Below the pieces are notes generated by a model, which had not been told where the DNA came from, did not search any database, and saw nothing but the letters and a program-made list of their open reading frames with translations. From the IMG/VR virus record IMGVR_UViG_3300025066_000007: a DNA stretch of 64,000 nt. One strand, written 5' to 3'. Every line of letters begins with the position of its first letter. Position 1 is the stretch's first letter. Below, in pieces: positions 40,701 to 50,600 of the stretch. The DNA is from a virus. Lineage: Duplodnaviria > Caudoviricetes. Position numbers and translations under genes: made by a program.

Positions 40701-42883
40701 TCTATAAAGCTCTCTATGTTATAAGGCTGGCCTACGATCAGAATGCTTAAAATATTTGGTATATCTAAGTTGTTCAAAACGTTATTTGTAACAGTTACCT
40801 GATAGCGTTGACTAGAATAAATATTATCTTGTAACTCTCCTGTAGAGTCTGCCGCCTGGAACCCTGCAGTAGCTGTTATGATTCCAGTCTTCCATCTGTA
40901 AATAAATCCACTCGGATGTTGCATCACCTTCTTGCCACGCAGAGATCCTATTCCGTTATATTGCCCCTGTAGCAAGTTTCCTTCCGAAGCATTTTGGCCC
41001 GCAAATAGCCCAGAGTCGTAACTTAGCAGGCCGGTCTGCAAAAGCTGTTTGTTTTCATACAAAAGCTCTCTTGTTCCGGGAATTACAACTCCCTGCTCAT
41101 CTCGGGAGAAATCATATGGAGTTAGAGGATCTTCCAGAATTCCCTTTGGATCGCTTAGTGCTGGCTGAACCGCAAATTGACTCCATTTTAGCCAAGACAT
41201 ATTATCCGTACAAGATACGCTCAGATTGTGAAAACCTCCAGAGTAATTTTCTGTTATAGACGTTATAAATCCGCCAAAAACGTGAACCATTCCAAAAGAA
41301 TTATCCTGTCTCCGCCTAAGATCTCGATACTGCTCTATGCTCATCTTCTGGTTTGTATACAGAATGTACTCCGCCCTTAAGATGGAATCATCTATAGTTA
41401 GATACTCTTTGTCAAATGGAGATTCGCTGGCCTCTTCGGGATAGACCGAGCCAGAATCTGTAAAGTCAGAGAACGTGCGATTTCCTCTTATGTAAAAATG
41501 AACTGGGTCTGATGCATTAATGAAATTTTTGCCCAGATAAAAAGTTCTGAGCCTCTCTCTTATATAATCGGTGTCAAGTGACGCATCTACAAACCCCGCG
41601 CCGCCAATCTCTAGGGCGGAGGATATTGCGGAAGATGCATCGAGTTGAGAGGGGTCTCTGGATGCCTCTCCTGCACCAAGGCCTCCACTTAGAAGTTCCG
41701 ACAAAACTCCCAAAGAGCCGTACAAAGCCTCCTGAACAGCATCTTCTATATCTTTCTCGAGAATCGTTCCAATTCGATATGGATATGCGAGATTAAAACT
41801 CGCACTTGATGGGTTTGAATCATAATTAGTATTGGTATTAAAACTATTGAATATAGCAAGCTCGATAACTCCAGTTCCTGGGCCAAGAGTATAGTTCTCT
41901 GGACTATTTGGATCAACTATCCACGTAGTTAGTTGATTATCTGTCGAGAACGCATTCCTTTTCAGTACAGAGGCAATATCTTCATTTAGCTGATCATGAT
42001 TCTCTGCGGCTGAGCCGTAAGAGATAAGGTCACCTAAGTCAACAAAAAGCTCTTCAAAAGAGTTCGCTGACAATCCACTGTTCGAACTGAGAGAAGCTCG
42101 AAAAGCATCGTTTGCACTATCAGCTGCAGATGGAGCTGCAGATACTCCGTCATACTCTGCTCCAAATTCTGCCCGCTTGTTCGTTAGAATTGCACGAGCC
42201 TGAGAAGAAGGAATATTTTTCAGATATTCTCCATTCGTAATAGTTCTTCTGTTGTCTGCATTTGTGACGAAAGATCTGGTGGGAATATCGAATGATGCAG
42301 AAGAACTATTGCCATTCGAAAAATCTTCAAAGTTTTGAGTGCTAGTATCGAAAGATACGGCAGACATATCCTGGCCAAGCCAAGCCTTAAGTCTTTCTGA
42401 GACAAACTCCTCCTTAGTCTTTCCGAGCTTGCTCAAATCTATAAAAGACCCTTCTTTTAAAAGTGAGGACAGCAAATTCAAGCTGTACATTTGATTCTTC
42501 GAAAAGAAGTTTTCAAATTTAGTTAGGCTTTCATACGCCCTGATCTGCTGAACCTTGTATGCAAAAAGAGCCTTAGTCGCCCTAAGGAGCATTTTCTCTG
42601 TTTTGTCAATATATCTAGTGTCATTAATACTGCCAAATGAGGAAAAGACCTTCTTCTTAACCAAGATAGATGCGTCTGGAGACATTGACACTATGTTTCT
42701 TGTATCAGGAGTTACTGACGCAGAATGATCTTGATCAAAAAATATAGCTGCACCAGTGTTTGTTAAAGACGGCTGATTTCCATCATCCAAATTTATATAA
42801 GCAGGATGAGAGCCTCCCATTATATCAGAAGCGGCCTTCTGCAGAGTATGAGATATATTTGCCTTTAATGTCTTATAAGCCAT
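37760..42883 (-). CDS. Baseplate hub protein (gp27/gp44-like), greatly extended
   Basis: VFGGFITSITENY...LSVSCTDNMSWL, EFFCNSQGHLEFRPP, GSVTISGNEFYQPGDTV...YYVKSVSHTF...TTKLDL; position after the tube initiator. Confidence 0.75.
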   Translation of the reverse strand: MAYKTLKANISHTLQKAASDIMGGSHPAYINLDDGNQPSLTNTGAAIFFDQDHSASVTPDTRNIVSMSPDASILVKKKVFSSFGSINDTRYIDKTEKMLLRATKALFAYKVQQIRAYESLTKFENFFSKNQMYSLNLLSSLLKEGSFIDLSKLGKTKEEFVSERLKAWLGQDMSAVSFDTSTQNFEDFSNGNSSSASFDIPTRSFVTNADNRRTITNGEYLKNIPSSQARAILTNKRAEFGAEYDGVSAAPSAADSANDAFRASLSSNSGLSANSFEELFVDLGDLISYGSAAENHDQLNEDIASVLKRNAFSTDNQLTTWIVDPNSPENYTLGPGTGVIELAIFNSFNTNTNYDSNPSSASFNLAYPYRIGTILEKDIEDAVQEALYGSLGVLSELLSGGLGAGEASRDPSQLDASSAISSALEIGGAGFVDASLDTDYIRERLRTFYLGKNFINASDPVHFYIRGNRTFSDFTDSGSVYPEEASESPFDKEYLTIDDSILRAEYILYTNQKMSIEQYRDLRRRQDNSFGMVHVFGGFITSITENYSGGFHNLSVSCTDNMSWLKWSQFAVQPALSDPKGILEDPLTPYDFSRDEQGVVIPGTRELLYENKQLLQTGLLSYDSGLFAGQNASEGNLLQGQYNGIGSLRGKKVMQHPSGFIYRWKTGIITATAGFQAADSTGELQDNIYSSQRYQVTVTNNVLNNLDIPNILSILIVGQPYNIESFIEQALAAHNKLDKSTRLNPLDPLTGVLDTVRKQNNYYGNFQPYRMLTMNSASTEQMLNNASRRDVANNNIKSLQARKKLLRRKISDIEKSSGPTLQGGIFASTLSSEIQAIDEAIREQIKIGTTSTNALTSEEQIGIQISLSGAANLPISGDQEENNDVTRAMMLVGAQRKIEDVRLNRDRNLFMVSDQYDSADIRPFILSLNRSGWKLFDGLFKDSWQLCNEASNYLDLEFFCNSQGHLEFRPPLWNRVPLSILREAIRRQTNENKNIIPRFVTDLFQTRIEGIYLQVHALNIKIALIALLLGKYPDRNLIPNMSFGGASSLPFFGVHIHKDNSSYYNEPGPNEFKGGSSDVKNLSLFKTNHPISTRRPGDNGLDLSASFQQKGDVLGGNTDKLLGTFDPIVQEQMSLVNDSQTQVGGNSGYPAVHFSASDLNNIRNSFKKQFGRDPASGLIGSGDSFDDKHFSYFTNVTSEEGDPFFSEEDLLGKLKQAISNRDSFVSMLQANLVKQKELSEIETFLQTGEGSDIELDINDKVVDFLEKSANALQTGSDILTGKMSEGAVYDHLIEDDTRNLLGYGSGKRFILKDEFIISSTFSENPPEFTRLDISGNAPLIGDGLNRGFEGLYFWAGATDFDLWRQYGYKPAKQSIPFISDTEGQAKPYAILKLGMQKFAVNMGSVTISGNEFYQPGDTVFIPSKGLLYYVKSVSHTFSFGSSYTTKLDLEYGHPAGDYIPGPLDIIGQQMVSNFIEDPSLIYRSSETDDNYRPLSPDSAIVFPSSAVKPAKLLAFNDNQIRFTNMMLDLMGGLSGDRYVLIRGFALNEDDESGIEEAKKKMAAIRSLLESPSQVAQSNPFSGGDDLIPETRSLKPMRLPNSIPVSKIPAKKIIEQVSFFKKTDENSVGQIQCLDRTLLAAIKHDEQLDGLSEEQITGIFPKGGPSQGGWADIREEVTAFSFTKEYKASIVEVGIINIPSGMLDRKVV

Positions 42884-42905
42884 AACGCTATTTTACTTTC
42901 TGGAC

Positions 42906-43991
42906 CTAAAAAGAGCCTCTTCTTTTTATTGGAACAGAATTGGGGTCCTGTTCGGCCTCCGGAGCGTCTTCAAACTTAGAAGAAGTAAATCCTGTTGGGC
43001 CCACGGAGTTTCTTTCATCAGAAGCTAGCCTTCCGCTTCCTATGTTATTCCCAGAGTTTATAGGAGGAAAAGACAGCTCTTCGATGCCGTCGCCCTGACC
43101 TTTTGCCTCAGTGGTGCTCATACTTATTTTTGCCTCTCCGTCATGACTAAGTGGATTTCTGTGCCAAGGCATAAAGTTGGTCCTCTTTCCTGTTCTTCTT
43201 GTAACTGTGAATCCAAAATTATAGTCAAATAAGCCAGCTTGTGTAGCCGACTCTGTAGTCGTAAAGCTTGTAAAGTATCCTCGGAAAAATTCTCCCTGAT
43301 AGTATAGATCAATATTTGTAGCAAAGGCTGCAAGCGTAGGGGTACTCTTAAATGCTGCCGGACCTCCAAGCCTAGATCCAATATTGGATCCGAATATTAA
43401 GTCTATGGAGTTAGAAACTCCATTTACAACTTGAGAAAATGCACCTCCCGTTAATAGGTCAGATACATTTGAGAAGCTTCCAAAGGCGTCATCTACCGCA
43501 TTCATTACAGTTTCAGGATCCGTAAACCGTTGGCCGCTATCTCTTTTGTAGGAAATAATATAATCCATATTCTCCTTTCTTTTCAATAAATTATTGGCCG
43601 CATCTTTTGCGTCTTGAGCTGCAGCCTCTGCCATTGCCCTTTGACGCTTCATCAAGACTCTTCTGAACTGTGTTTGCTCATGTCTATAAATAGACCTTAG
43701 AATATTGATGCCCTCTATTCCTGCAGAGCCTGTTGTTCCATTGACCTGAATGGTAGGCAGATCTTCTCCCCAATACTGAACAACGTATCCTCCTTTCGTC
43801 AAGTCTGCTTTAACGAGCTTCTTTTCACTGATGGCAAAAGATTGAGGGTTGATATACATTTGTCTTTTATCCCAAAAAACTTCTCCATTATCGGAAGAAG
43901 AGTAAGGGCTTTGGTCATTTGTAAAAGCTTCCATTTCTAACGGAAGAAAGAATATAATGGTTTGCCTTCCTATTCTATGCTGATCTGGCAT
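42906..43991 (-). CDS. Tail tube initiator / baseplate tube-fold protein
   Basis: MYINPQSFAISEKKLVKADLTKGGYVVQYWGEDLPTIQVNGTTG and YQGEFFRGYFTSFTTTE...FDYNFGFTV; immediately after the tape measure. Confidence 0.68.
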   Translation of the reverse strand: MPDQHRIGRQTIIFFLPLEMEAFTNDQSPYSSSDNGEVFWDKRQMYINPQSFAISEKKLVKADLTKGGYVVQYWGEDLPTIQVNGTTGSAGIEGINILRSIYRHEQTQFRRVLMKRQRAMAEAAAQDAKDAANNLLKRKENMDYIISYKRDSGQRFTDPETVMNAVDDAFGSFSNVSDLLTGGAFSQVVNGVSNSIDLIFGSNIGSRLGGPAAFKSTPTLAAFATNIDLYYQGEFFRGYFTSFTTTESATQAGLFDYNFGFTVTRRTGKRTNFMPWHRNPLSHDGEAKISMSTTEAKGQGDGIEELSFPPINSGNNIGSGRLASDERNSVGPTGFTSSKFEDAPEAEQDPNSVPIKRRGSF

Positions 43992-44005
43992 TTTACCTCC
44001 CGTTA

Positions 44006-45925
44006 TTACCTTGAGACTTGCTTGCCCAAGCTGGCAGCAACCTCAAGATGGCCCTTCGTTCCCTCTGAAAGAGAAACGTTTATAGACAGATTATCGTTTA
44101 GGCTCTGTGTTATTGCTGCGGCCAATGCTGTAACAAAATCATCTTTATTTACAAAGCCTGCCTCATTAATTGCTGCAGTACTTGCCGCTGCTGCAGCAGC
44201 CTCTGCAGCCATCACTACCATATCTGTATTTTTGCTTAAAGAATCTGCATTTGGATTTTTGCCTCTATCTTTTTCAGGAAGATCTGTATTTTGCGGATGA
44301 GAAGGGCTTTCATCTAAATCCGGCAAGTCGTCGTCAGCTCCAATTCCTGCGGCACCAAGCAGTCTTTTCATCAGCTTTCCATATGCATTCAGCCCCGCCT
44401 CAGCGCTCTCCTTGGCCTTTGCAACTGCCGGATCCAAGACGTTTTCCCTAAGAGCTCGGCCTCCGTCTCTTTGCTTCATAAAAATTGGGCGAGCTATTAT
44501 TGCCAGCAAGTTCGATTGTGCTGCAAGATGCCTATTTGCCTTTTCCCATTCGTCCAGAGTTTTGTCTCTTCCCTCTTTCTCTTGAGTTAGCTGTTTCTCT
44601 AGCGAGCTTTTCGCAGTAAGATCTCCAGCCTTAGTAGCCTCATCTATCTTAGATAAGAGGTCTAACACTCTATTTGCTGAAGCTGCATCGCTTACTCCAA
44701 ACTGATTTTGTAATAATTGTTGCTGAGTATAAAATTGTGTCTGTAACTCCGGGCTCTCAGCAGCCTGCTCTACCGTAACTATCTCTCCCCCAGTAAATGA
44801 AGCCAAAGTATCTCTCATCCCTTTTGCAAGCTGTGTTGCAAGCTCAGATTGATCACCTGTTCTGTCTGCCTTCAGAACCTCTGCCTGCAGGCCAATAGAC
44901 GCGCCCAAGGCCCCGCCTCCAGCGCTACCACTCATCTCCAATCCTCCGCGCTGGAACATTATATAAGCATTTGCATAATTTGTTGTCAGATCAACAAGAG
45001 CGCCTGACAGAGAAGACGTTAGATCTTTTGCGTTTTCTATTCCAAGGCCCATATCCGTCATCACTCTCGCGAACCCCTGCAGAAGAGGGACGCCAAAATC
45101 TGCAGAAATACCAAGCTTTGTGAATCTATCAGCAGCACCGTTTAAGGTGCTAGAAACGCTATCTACGCTTAAGCCGGTCTCTTTCGACACTCCGCTGAAA
45201 AGGCCCATCATATCAATTGCATCTTGAGCCCCTTTTCCCTGTTTGTTTAAAGCGATATTCAAAAGATTGACGCCCTCGGTTGTCGTAAGGCTTGTCGCCT
45301 TCGATAATGCCATAGCCGCCGTTAGCAGATTTGTCTTTCCTATTCCAGTTTCTACAGTTTTATTCAATTGATCCAGGGACATGTTGGAATTGCCAGTTGC
45401 CCGGGCAAAGGTCATCATTTCATCGAAAGTTAAATTAAGGCCTCTAGAAAATTGACTAAACGTTTCTTCCTTAAGTGTATCTGAAAACTCAAAGGCCTGA
45501 TCTATTGTTCCGCCGAATCGTTTGTTTAGAGTAAAGACTTCACTGGCAAATCGTCTGATATCTCTTGATGGAGCATCAAATAAATTAAAAGTAGTCTCAG
45601 CAACATCTTTGGATACGCCTACAAGGCTTTTCATAGAAAACTTTAGGATATTTGCTCCAGAGCCTAGAGTCGCAAAGACATCTTCAAGACCTCTCATGCT
45701 AAGCAGCTTGGCGGAAGCCTCTGCGGTTCCGCCTATTGCACTTGTAACGTTTATTGCAGATTTCGCTAAATCGTCAAAAGCAGTCGTCATACCGCCCACT
45801 TTGCCTTGTGATCTAGAGCCTAAGTTGGATAAGCGACTTATTGCGTCAGCAGCGGCGTTTATACTATCGGTAGCCTTCTTTGCTTTGCCAGAATATTCGT
45901 CTAGCTTTTCGATCGTATCGGACAT
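44006..45925 (-). CDS. Tape measure protein (639 aa)
   Basis: Ala/Gly/Leu-rich helical composition, position after tube and chaperones, GGGAGG RBS. Confidence 0.75.
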   Translation of the reverse strand: MSDTIEKLDEYSGKAKKATDSINAAADAISRLSNLGSRSQGKVGGMTTAFDDLAKSAINVTSAIGGTAEASAKLLSMRGLEDVFATLGSGANILKFSMKSLVGVSKDVAETTFNLFDAPSRDIRRFASEVFTLNKRFGGTIDQAFEFSDTLKEETFSQFSRGLNLTFDEMMTFARATGNSNMSLDQLNKTVETGIGKTNLLTAAMALSKATSLTTTEGVNLLNIALNKQGKGAQDAIDMMGLFSGVSKETGLSVDSVSSTLNGAADRFTKLGISADFGVPLLQGFARVMTDMGLGIENAKDLTSSLSGALVDLTTNYANAYIMFQRGGLEMSGSAGGGALGASIGLQAEVLKADRTGDQSELATQLAKGMRDTLASFTGGEIVTVEQAAESPELQTQFYTQQQLLQNQFGVSDAASANRVLDLLSKIDEATKAGDLTAKSSLEKQLTQEKEGRDKTLDEWEKANRHLAAQSNLLAIIARPIFMKQRDGGRALRENVLDPAVAKAKESAEAGLNAYGKLMKRLLGAAGIGADDDLPDLDESPSHPQNTDLPEKDRGKNPNADSLSKNTDMVVMAAEAAAAAASTAAINEAGFVNKDDFVTALAAAITQSLNDNLSINVSLSEGTKGHLEVAASLGKQVSR

Positions 45926-45928
45926 AAT

Positions 45929-46354
45929 TTAATCTATATTTTCTTTTGCAATATTAAGAAGGCCAGCCAAGTTTTTCGGCAGACGAACATTTCGAGCGTC
46001 TTTAGCTCTTTCATTACCATATAAATTAGTATTTTTATATTTATCCTTGATTGCCTGGACTATATGATCGTCCTTGAATGCTCTATTTAGAATCTGAGCC
46101 TCAAACTCAGCATCGTCCATAAACCTGGGATCTTCGATAGATTCTCTTGAGTCCCGAATCTTCTTAACAGCTTCGGCATTCCAGAACGAAGCAAGATACT
46201 CGGTTATGCTCAAGTCATAATCGTATTGATCTTTTTCATCCTGATAAAACATTTGAGCGTACCAAGACCACTGATCTCCTGTTATATCAAGAAATCTCGG
46301 ATCATCAGAGCTGCAGTTCCAAATTTTGCAGAGTTTCCATCGGAGCCTACTCAT
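45929..46354 (-). CDS. Tail assembly chaperone, downstream (T-like) ORF; probably expressed as a -1 frameshift fusion
   Basis: Lies in the -1 frame relative to 46366..46854 with no stop between the slippery site and its ATG; the ATG sits inside a 12-bp hairpin; RWKLCKIW...DPRFLDITGDQWSWY. Confidence 0.7.
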   Translation of the reverse strand: MSRLRWKLCKIWNCSSDDPRFLDITGDQWSWYAQMFYQDEKDQYDYDLSITEYLASFWNAEAVKKIRDSRESIEDPRFMDDAEFEAQILNRAFKDDHIVQAIKDKYKNTNLYGNERAKDARNVRLPKNLAGLLNIAKENID

Positions 46355-46375
46355 AGGCTCCGATGCTATTTTTTT
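46338..46375 (-). promoter_or_regulatory. Programmed -1 ribosomal frameshift signal: A AAA AAA heptamer plus 3' stimulatory hairpin
   Basis: Minus strand GAC ATA AAA AAA TAG CATCGGAGCCTA-TGAG-TAGGCTCCGATG; perfect 12-bp stem with a 4-nt loop; same gene position as the lambda G/GT frameshift. Confidence 0.78.
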
Positions 46376-46854
46376 ATGTCTTCTAACCCGACCTCTTTAT
46401 TCGAGCCTTCAATCAGGCTCTCATGGACTCTGTGGAGTCTTTCTACCAGGGCTATCTGCATATTGAGAACAACAGCCAGCCTTCTCTCTTCCACCGAGAG
46501 ATCCTCATTCTCATTGAGATCCTCAAGAGGTACGCCGTTAATTGTTCGAAGAGAATACGATACAGTTAAAGGCTTAATTTCCAGAAGCCTATCAGTCTCG
46601 CCAGACTTCATAATCGTTTGCATAATCTGCTTTTGCTCGCCTATGCTTAGAGTAGATACCTCGAATACAAAGCCATTAATCTTTTCTTTTTTCGTCAATT
46701 TACCTAAGAAGATCAAGTCCTTAAGCGAAGCAAGACTTATCTTTTCAGAAGAATCTTCTTCTTCATCTGGAAGATTCTGCGCCAACCTCTCCATTTCTTC
46801 GATATTCACGCTATCTGATTCATTGCTCAATACTTTTCCGGGTCTCTTAGGCAT
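46366..46854 (-). CDS. Tail assembly chaperone (G-like)
   Basis: Between tube and tape measure; acidic; FEVSTLSIGEQ, SYSLRTINGVPLE, LVERLHRVHESL; GGAG RBS. Confidence 0.72.
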   Translation of the reverse strand: MPKRPGKVLSNESDSVNIEEMERLAQNLPDEEEDSSEKISLASLKDLIFLGKLTKKEKINGFVFEVSTLSIGEQKQIMQTIMKSGETDRLLEIKPLTVSYSLRTINGVPLEDLNENEDLSVEERRLAVVLNMQIALVERLHRVHESLIEGSNKEVGLEDIKK

Positions 46855-46910
46855 ATTTTAACTCCATTTATAAAGATATTGTACGTTTTTTCTTTAAAAA
46901 CTTTCCCACT

Positions 46911-46947
46911 AAAACAAAAATGCCGCCCAAAAAGAGCGGCATTTTTG
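46911..46947 (-). terminator. Intrinsic terminator after the tail tube gene
   Basis: Inverted repeat CAAAAATGCCGC (46915-46926) / GCGGCATTTTTG (46936-46947), 9-nt loop, T-rich tail on the minus strand (also T-rich on plus, so possibly bidirectional). Confidence 0.85.
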
Positions 46948-46964
46948 CATAGATTTAATTATCT

Positions 46965-47597
46965 TTAGTAAGCGGCAGAAATCAGCCCAGGGAAGTCAAG
47001 AGAGCCTCTGCGCTCGCCAGAGTCGGCTGCGGTCTCAATACTATCAATATTTCTGCCCGGGATCTCTCTGGAGCCTTGTGTGCCTTGGCTTAGGGCGATG
47101 GCCTCACCGGCTCTCGTTGTAGAGATATGCTCGCAGTGTACAGTTGCACTTTCTGTAATAGTATAATCACTAGAAGTATAGCTCTTTCCAAGAGAGGTAA
47201 ACCAGCAGTTGTGGTAAGTCGTTACCACAGCATTATTTCCATCTCCAGTAAACTTATCAATCACAACAATATCAAAAGGCATCCTTTGAGACTGAATATT
47301 TCTAAATCCTCTTGAGAACGCCTCAGGAAGAGATAGCCCATCGAAAACTATCCTCTGAATAGTTAAATTAAACGTAGAAGGTCCCTGAGGAACAATTTCA
47401 ATTAGCCCATCTGTTCCTACTTCTGACATGGACTTGAGAGGCCTTGTTTGGGCCTCTTGGAAGCTCTGAATTGCACCAACAGGCTCATTGTTAACATAAA
47501 CAATGATCTGTGTTGATAGTCCGGCGCGAGTCCGACCGCCTGTTTCTGGCGGCGGGCTTCCGTCGAAAAGAGTTCCTGTGCTAGGGTAATCTGCCAT
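46965..47597 (-). CDS. Tail tube protein
   Basis: IIVYVNNEPVGAIQSF, EVGTDGLIEIVP, PFDIVVIDK, TTYHNCWFTS..SY.SSDYTITESATV; directly after the sheath; AGGAG RBS. Confidence 0.85.
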   Translation of the reverse strand: MADYPSTGTLFDGSPPPETGGRTRAGLSTQIIVYVNNEPVGAIQSFQEAQTRPLKSMSEVGTDGLIEIVPQGPSTFNLTIQRIVFDGLSLPEAFSRGFRNIQSQRMPFDIVVIDKFTGDGNNAVVTTYHNCWFTSLGKSYTSSDYTITESATVHCEHISTTRAGEAIALSQGTQGSREIPGRNIDSIETAADSGERRGSLDFPGLISAAY

Positions 47598-47609
47598 TAC
47601 TTTCTCCTA

Positions 47610-50600
47610 TTAAATGACGCCAACTTCGATGTCTATGAAGACATAGTTAATGGGGTAAGCTGGAGCAAATTGCAAAAAGACGTTGATCTGTCTCGGATCT
47701 ACCTTGTCCTGCTCTACTCTAATGTTTTTAAAGCTTGTAACCAAACCTTGGCCGATTAAGCCATTCATAATAGTCCTTACCCTGCCACCCATAAGGATAT
47801 TCGTATCTGCGTTTTGGACTCCACCAATAAAGGGCCTTAGAGAACTACGAAGGGTCCGCTTAACTGAATCTCTGATGAAGATGATAGAAATCTCTTCATC
47901 CTCAATAAAGCCAGATGTGCTGGTAGTCCTTCCTGCCAAGACTCTTCCGCCTCCTGTTATTGGCTGCAGCACTGTTGCGCCGACTCCACCAAGCTGATTC
48001 AGAATTGTTGGGCTATAAACCTTATCTCTTGTGATGCTAAATCCTGATAGAGGCTTGTCTGTAAGCGGAATTGCCACGTTCTGCTTAGCCGATAAGAATC
48101 CGGCTGCCGCAGCTCCCTGGTAGAAACCGTGAAGATTTACATTAGTTCCGTTTACGTTTCTAACAATACTATCGGGGAAGAGGTAAACGGACCTGTTGCT
48201 AGTGTAGTTATCACTTAACTTGAAGTTAACTAGATCCTCTACGTTTCCATCAAGAATCTCTTCCGCGTCATCTCCCTGGATACCTTCGATTATTCCGATA
48301 TCTTCTATCGCAATCTCTCTTGTTCCAATGAGGGCAGCAGGAGTTACTCCTATCTGCGCGCCAATGAAGGCCATTCTTTCTTTGCGGTTTGCAACAGAAC
48401 TCATGTTCTCACAGTGATTTACAGTTGCCCTAAAGATTGAAGAGATCGCCTGATTCGGAAGAGGGACAATTATTTGAGCCTCTGCAGCCTCCATTGCCTC
48501 AAGTGCATCAAACCAATTTGTATCAAAAAAGTCTGCATCATTCTCGTCAATGTAGGAGATCCTGAGCCCATCGCCTTCCTTTATTACTCCGCTGGATACT
48601 AAATCACTGTGTAGGAGAAGGAGCGCATCATCTGCGTTTGAATCTTCCGGATCCTTGATGAAGAATTGAATATCAGAGTAAGAGCCTTGCAGGTCCAGAG
48701 GAGAGCCATTCTCAGCTGATACCAGAACCAGTGAGTCATCAGTTACCGAGTCAATTACCAACTCTACAGAGGGAGTCCCTAGGGCGACTCCGAATAGCTC
48801 CATCGAGATATCTTCTACAGAGGTGTGTACTATACCTGTGTCGGAATCTTCCATGCTAGATATAACGATTACGTGTCCAACGTTATCTCCGTCGAAGTCT
48901 ATCTCTGGAGTTGTAAAGTATTCTGAGCCAGACTCGACATCTAGGCTTCCCTCATCTCCATTTCCGACCACTTCCAGTACAGCATCAACAACAGTATATG
49001 AGAATGCGCTGTCTGAGCTATCGATCCATTGACCTTGCTGAATGTCAGTTGTCAGTTGAGAATTATAAAATGCAGACTTATTTGGGAAGACCTGTGTTTC
49101 TTCTCCATCTCTTATTACGAAAATGTTTACCCTTGTGTCGGGGTCAGGACGACCATTTCTAAGTCCAGTTAAAGGCCTTGGAATAGTGAACCTGAGATCA
49201 TCAACCTCACATGCATCAGCAGATAAGGTTCCGGAATCATAACAAGCGGAGAATCCACCTTCTCCAAGAGAATTCCTTTCCTCAAGAAGAGTTACAGAAG
49301 TTCTGCGCGGAACAGGCGGTTTGCACTGTAGGGCTAAGATTCCAGGCGCTCCATTCTCAAGGGCGATCTGAGTTCCTAGAGACAAAGTATTCTCTACGCT
49401 GGGAAGGCCGTGCTTTCTGAACAGGTCAGATGCTTCAACGAAAAACTCTGGATCATTCAGATCTATAGTCGCTATATATTTAGCCTCAAGAGTATCTCCA
49501 CGCCCAAGAGCACGGGAGCTAATGTCTACAAAAAACTTATCGCCAACCTCAAAGCTTGTTGCGCCCTCTTGGATGCCGAGCAACAGAACTCCGTTGTTCT
49601 CTAGGAGGTGGAATGTTAGACCTTCAGCCGCTAGGCCGGTCACAGAGGCACCTGAAGCTTCTTCTAAGTCTTGGAACCCTACCGTTGCATCGTCAAGGCT
49701 GTGAAGGCGTACACGTCTTGTAGAGGTAACCTTGCTGATTGTAAAGAGGCCTCCATCGAAAGCTCCTCCGTTACAGATCAATACCGTCTTTCCTACATCT
49801 GCGCTTGAGAAGTTACCCTCAGAGGCAGGCGCTCCGGTTAGGCCATTATGTGTAACGGACGGATCATCGATCAATATGTTAGTCGCCCTAATGTCCCAAT
49901 CATATAAGTCTGCTTCGTCCCAAACCGGTGAAGCCGGGCCTAAGCTATCTGTAGTTACGGTAATTGTAGTGTCAGTTCCATCATATGTTATGGTCTCAAT
50001 CTCGTGACCAACATATCCGTCAAGACACAGGAAGTCTCCCGGCAAAGCCTGACCTTGGCTGACCAAGTCAGCACCGGAAACCATGAATGTGTCACTCGTA
50101 GCTAGCGTGTCATCTCCGTCCCTTAGGACGACGCTGCCACGGGGGAAGTCTGTAACGGAAACACTTCCACTCGCAACGACAACTCCGTCATCACATTCGG
50201 ACAGATTTCCTGATACAGCTCCGGCTGTACTTGTAAAATAAGCACTTGAGAATGTAAGGGGATTTCCAAAGCTATCATAAAGCTGACCAGAAGTATCTCC
50301 AGTCGCAGTAAATGTGGCTAGACCGGGAATAGGATCTCCGTTAGAATCCCTTACGACACTTACACATCTTATTGTCCAGCGCTCACTAGGGGCTGAATCA
50401 TCGAGAATATCTAGAGTTAAGAGAGGATCGCAGCTATCATTATCTACTAAAATGCCGGTTCCTACGTTTCCAGAGCCTGCGGAATATCCCTTTCCGTCTT
50501 GATCTCCAATTGAGGCTCCACGCAGCTCGATGCGACCATTGGAAATATCTAGCCTATAATCAAACGGGGAGCTAACTCCTGATGAATCAATGACCTCTTG

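Noticed and set aside
46363-46368. TAG read-through or stop-codon recoding (as in some huge phages) to join the chaperone ORFs
   Set aside because: In-frame read-through hits TGA four codons later; TAG, TGA and TAA all end long genes cleanly, consistent with code 11
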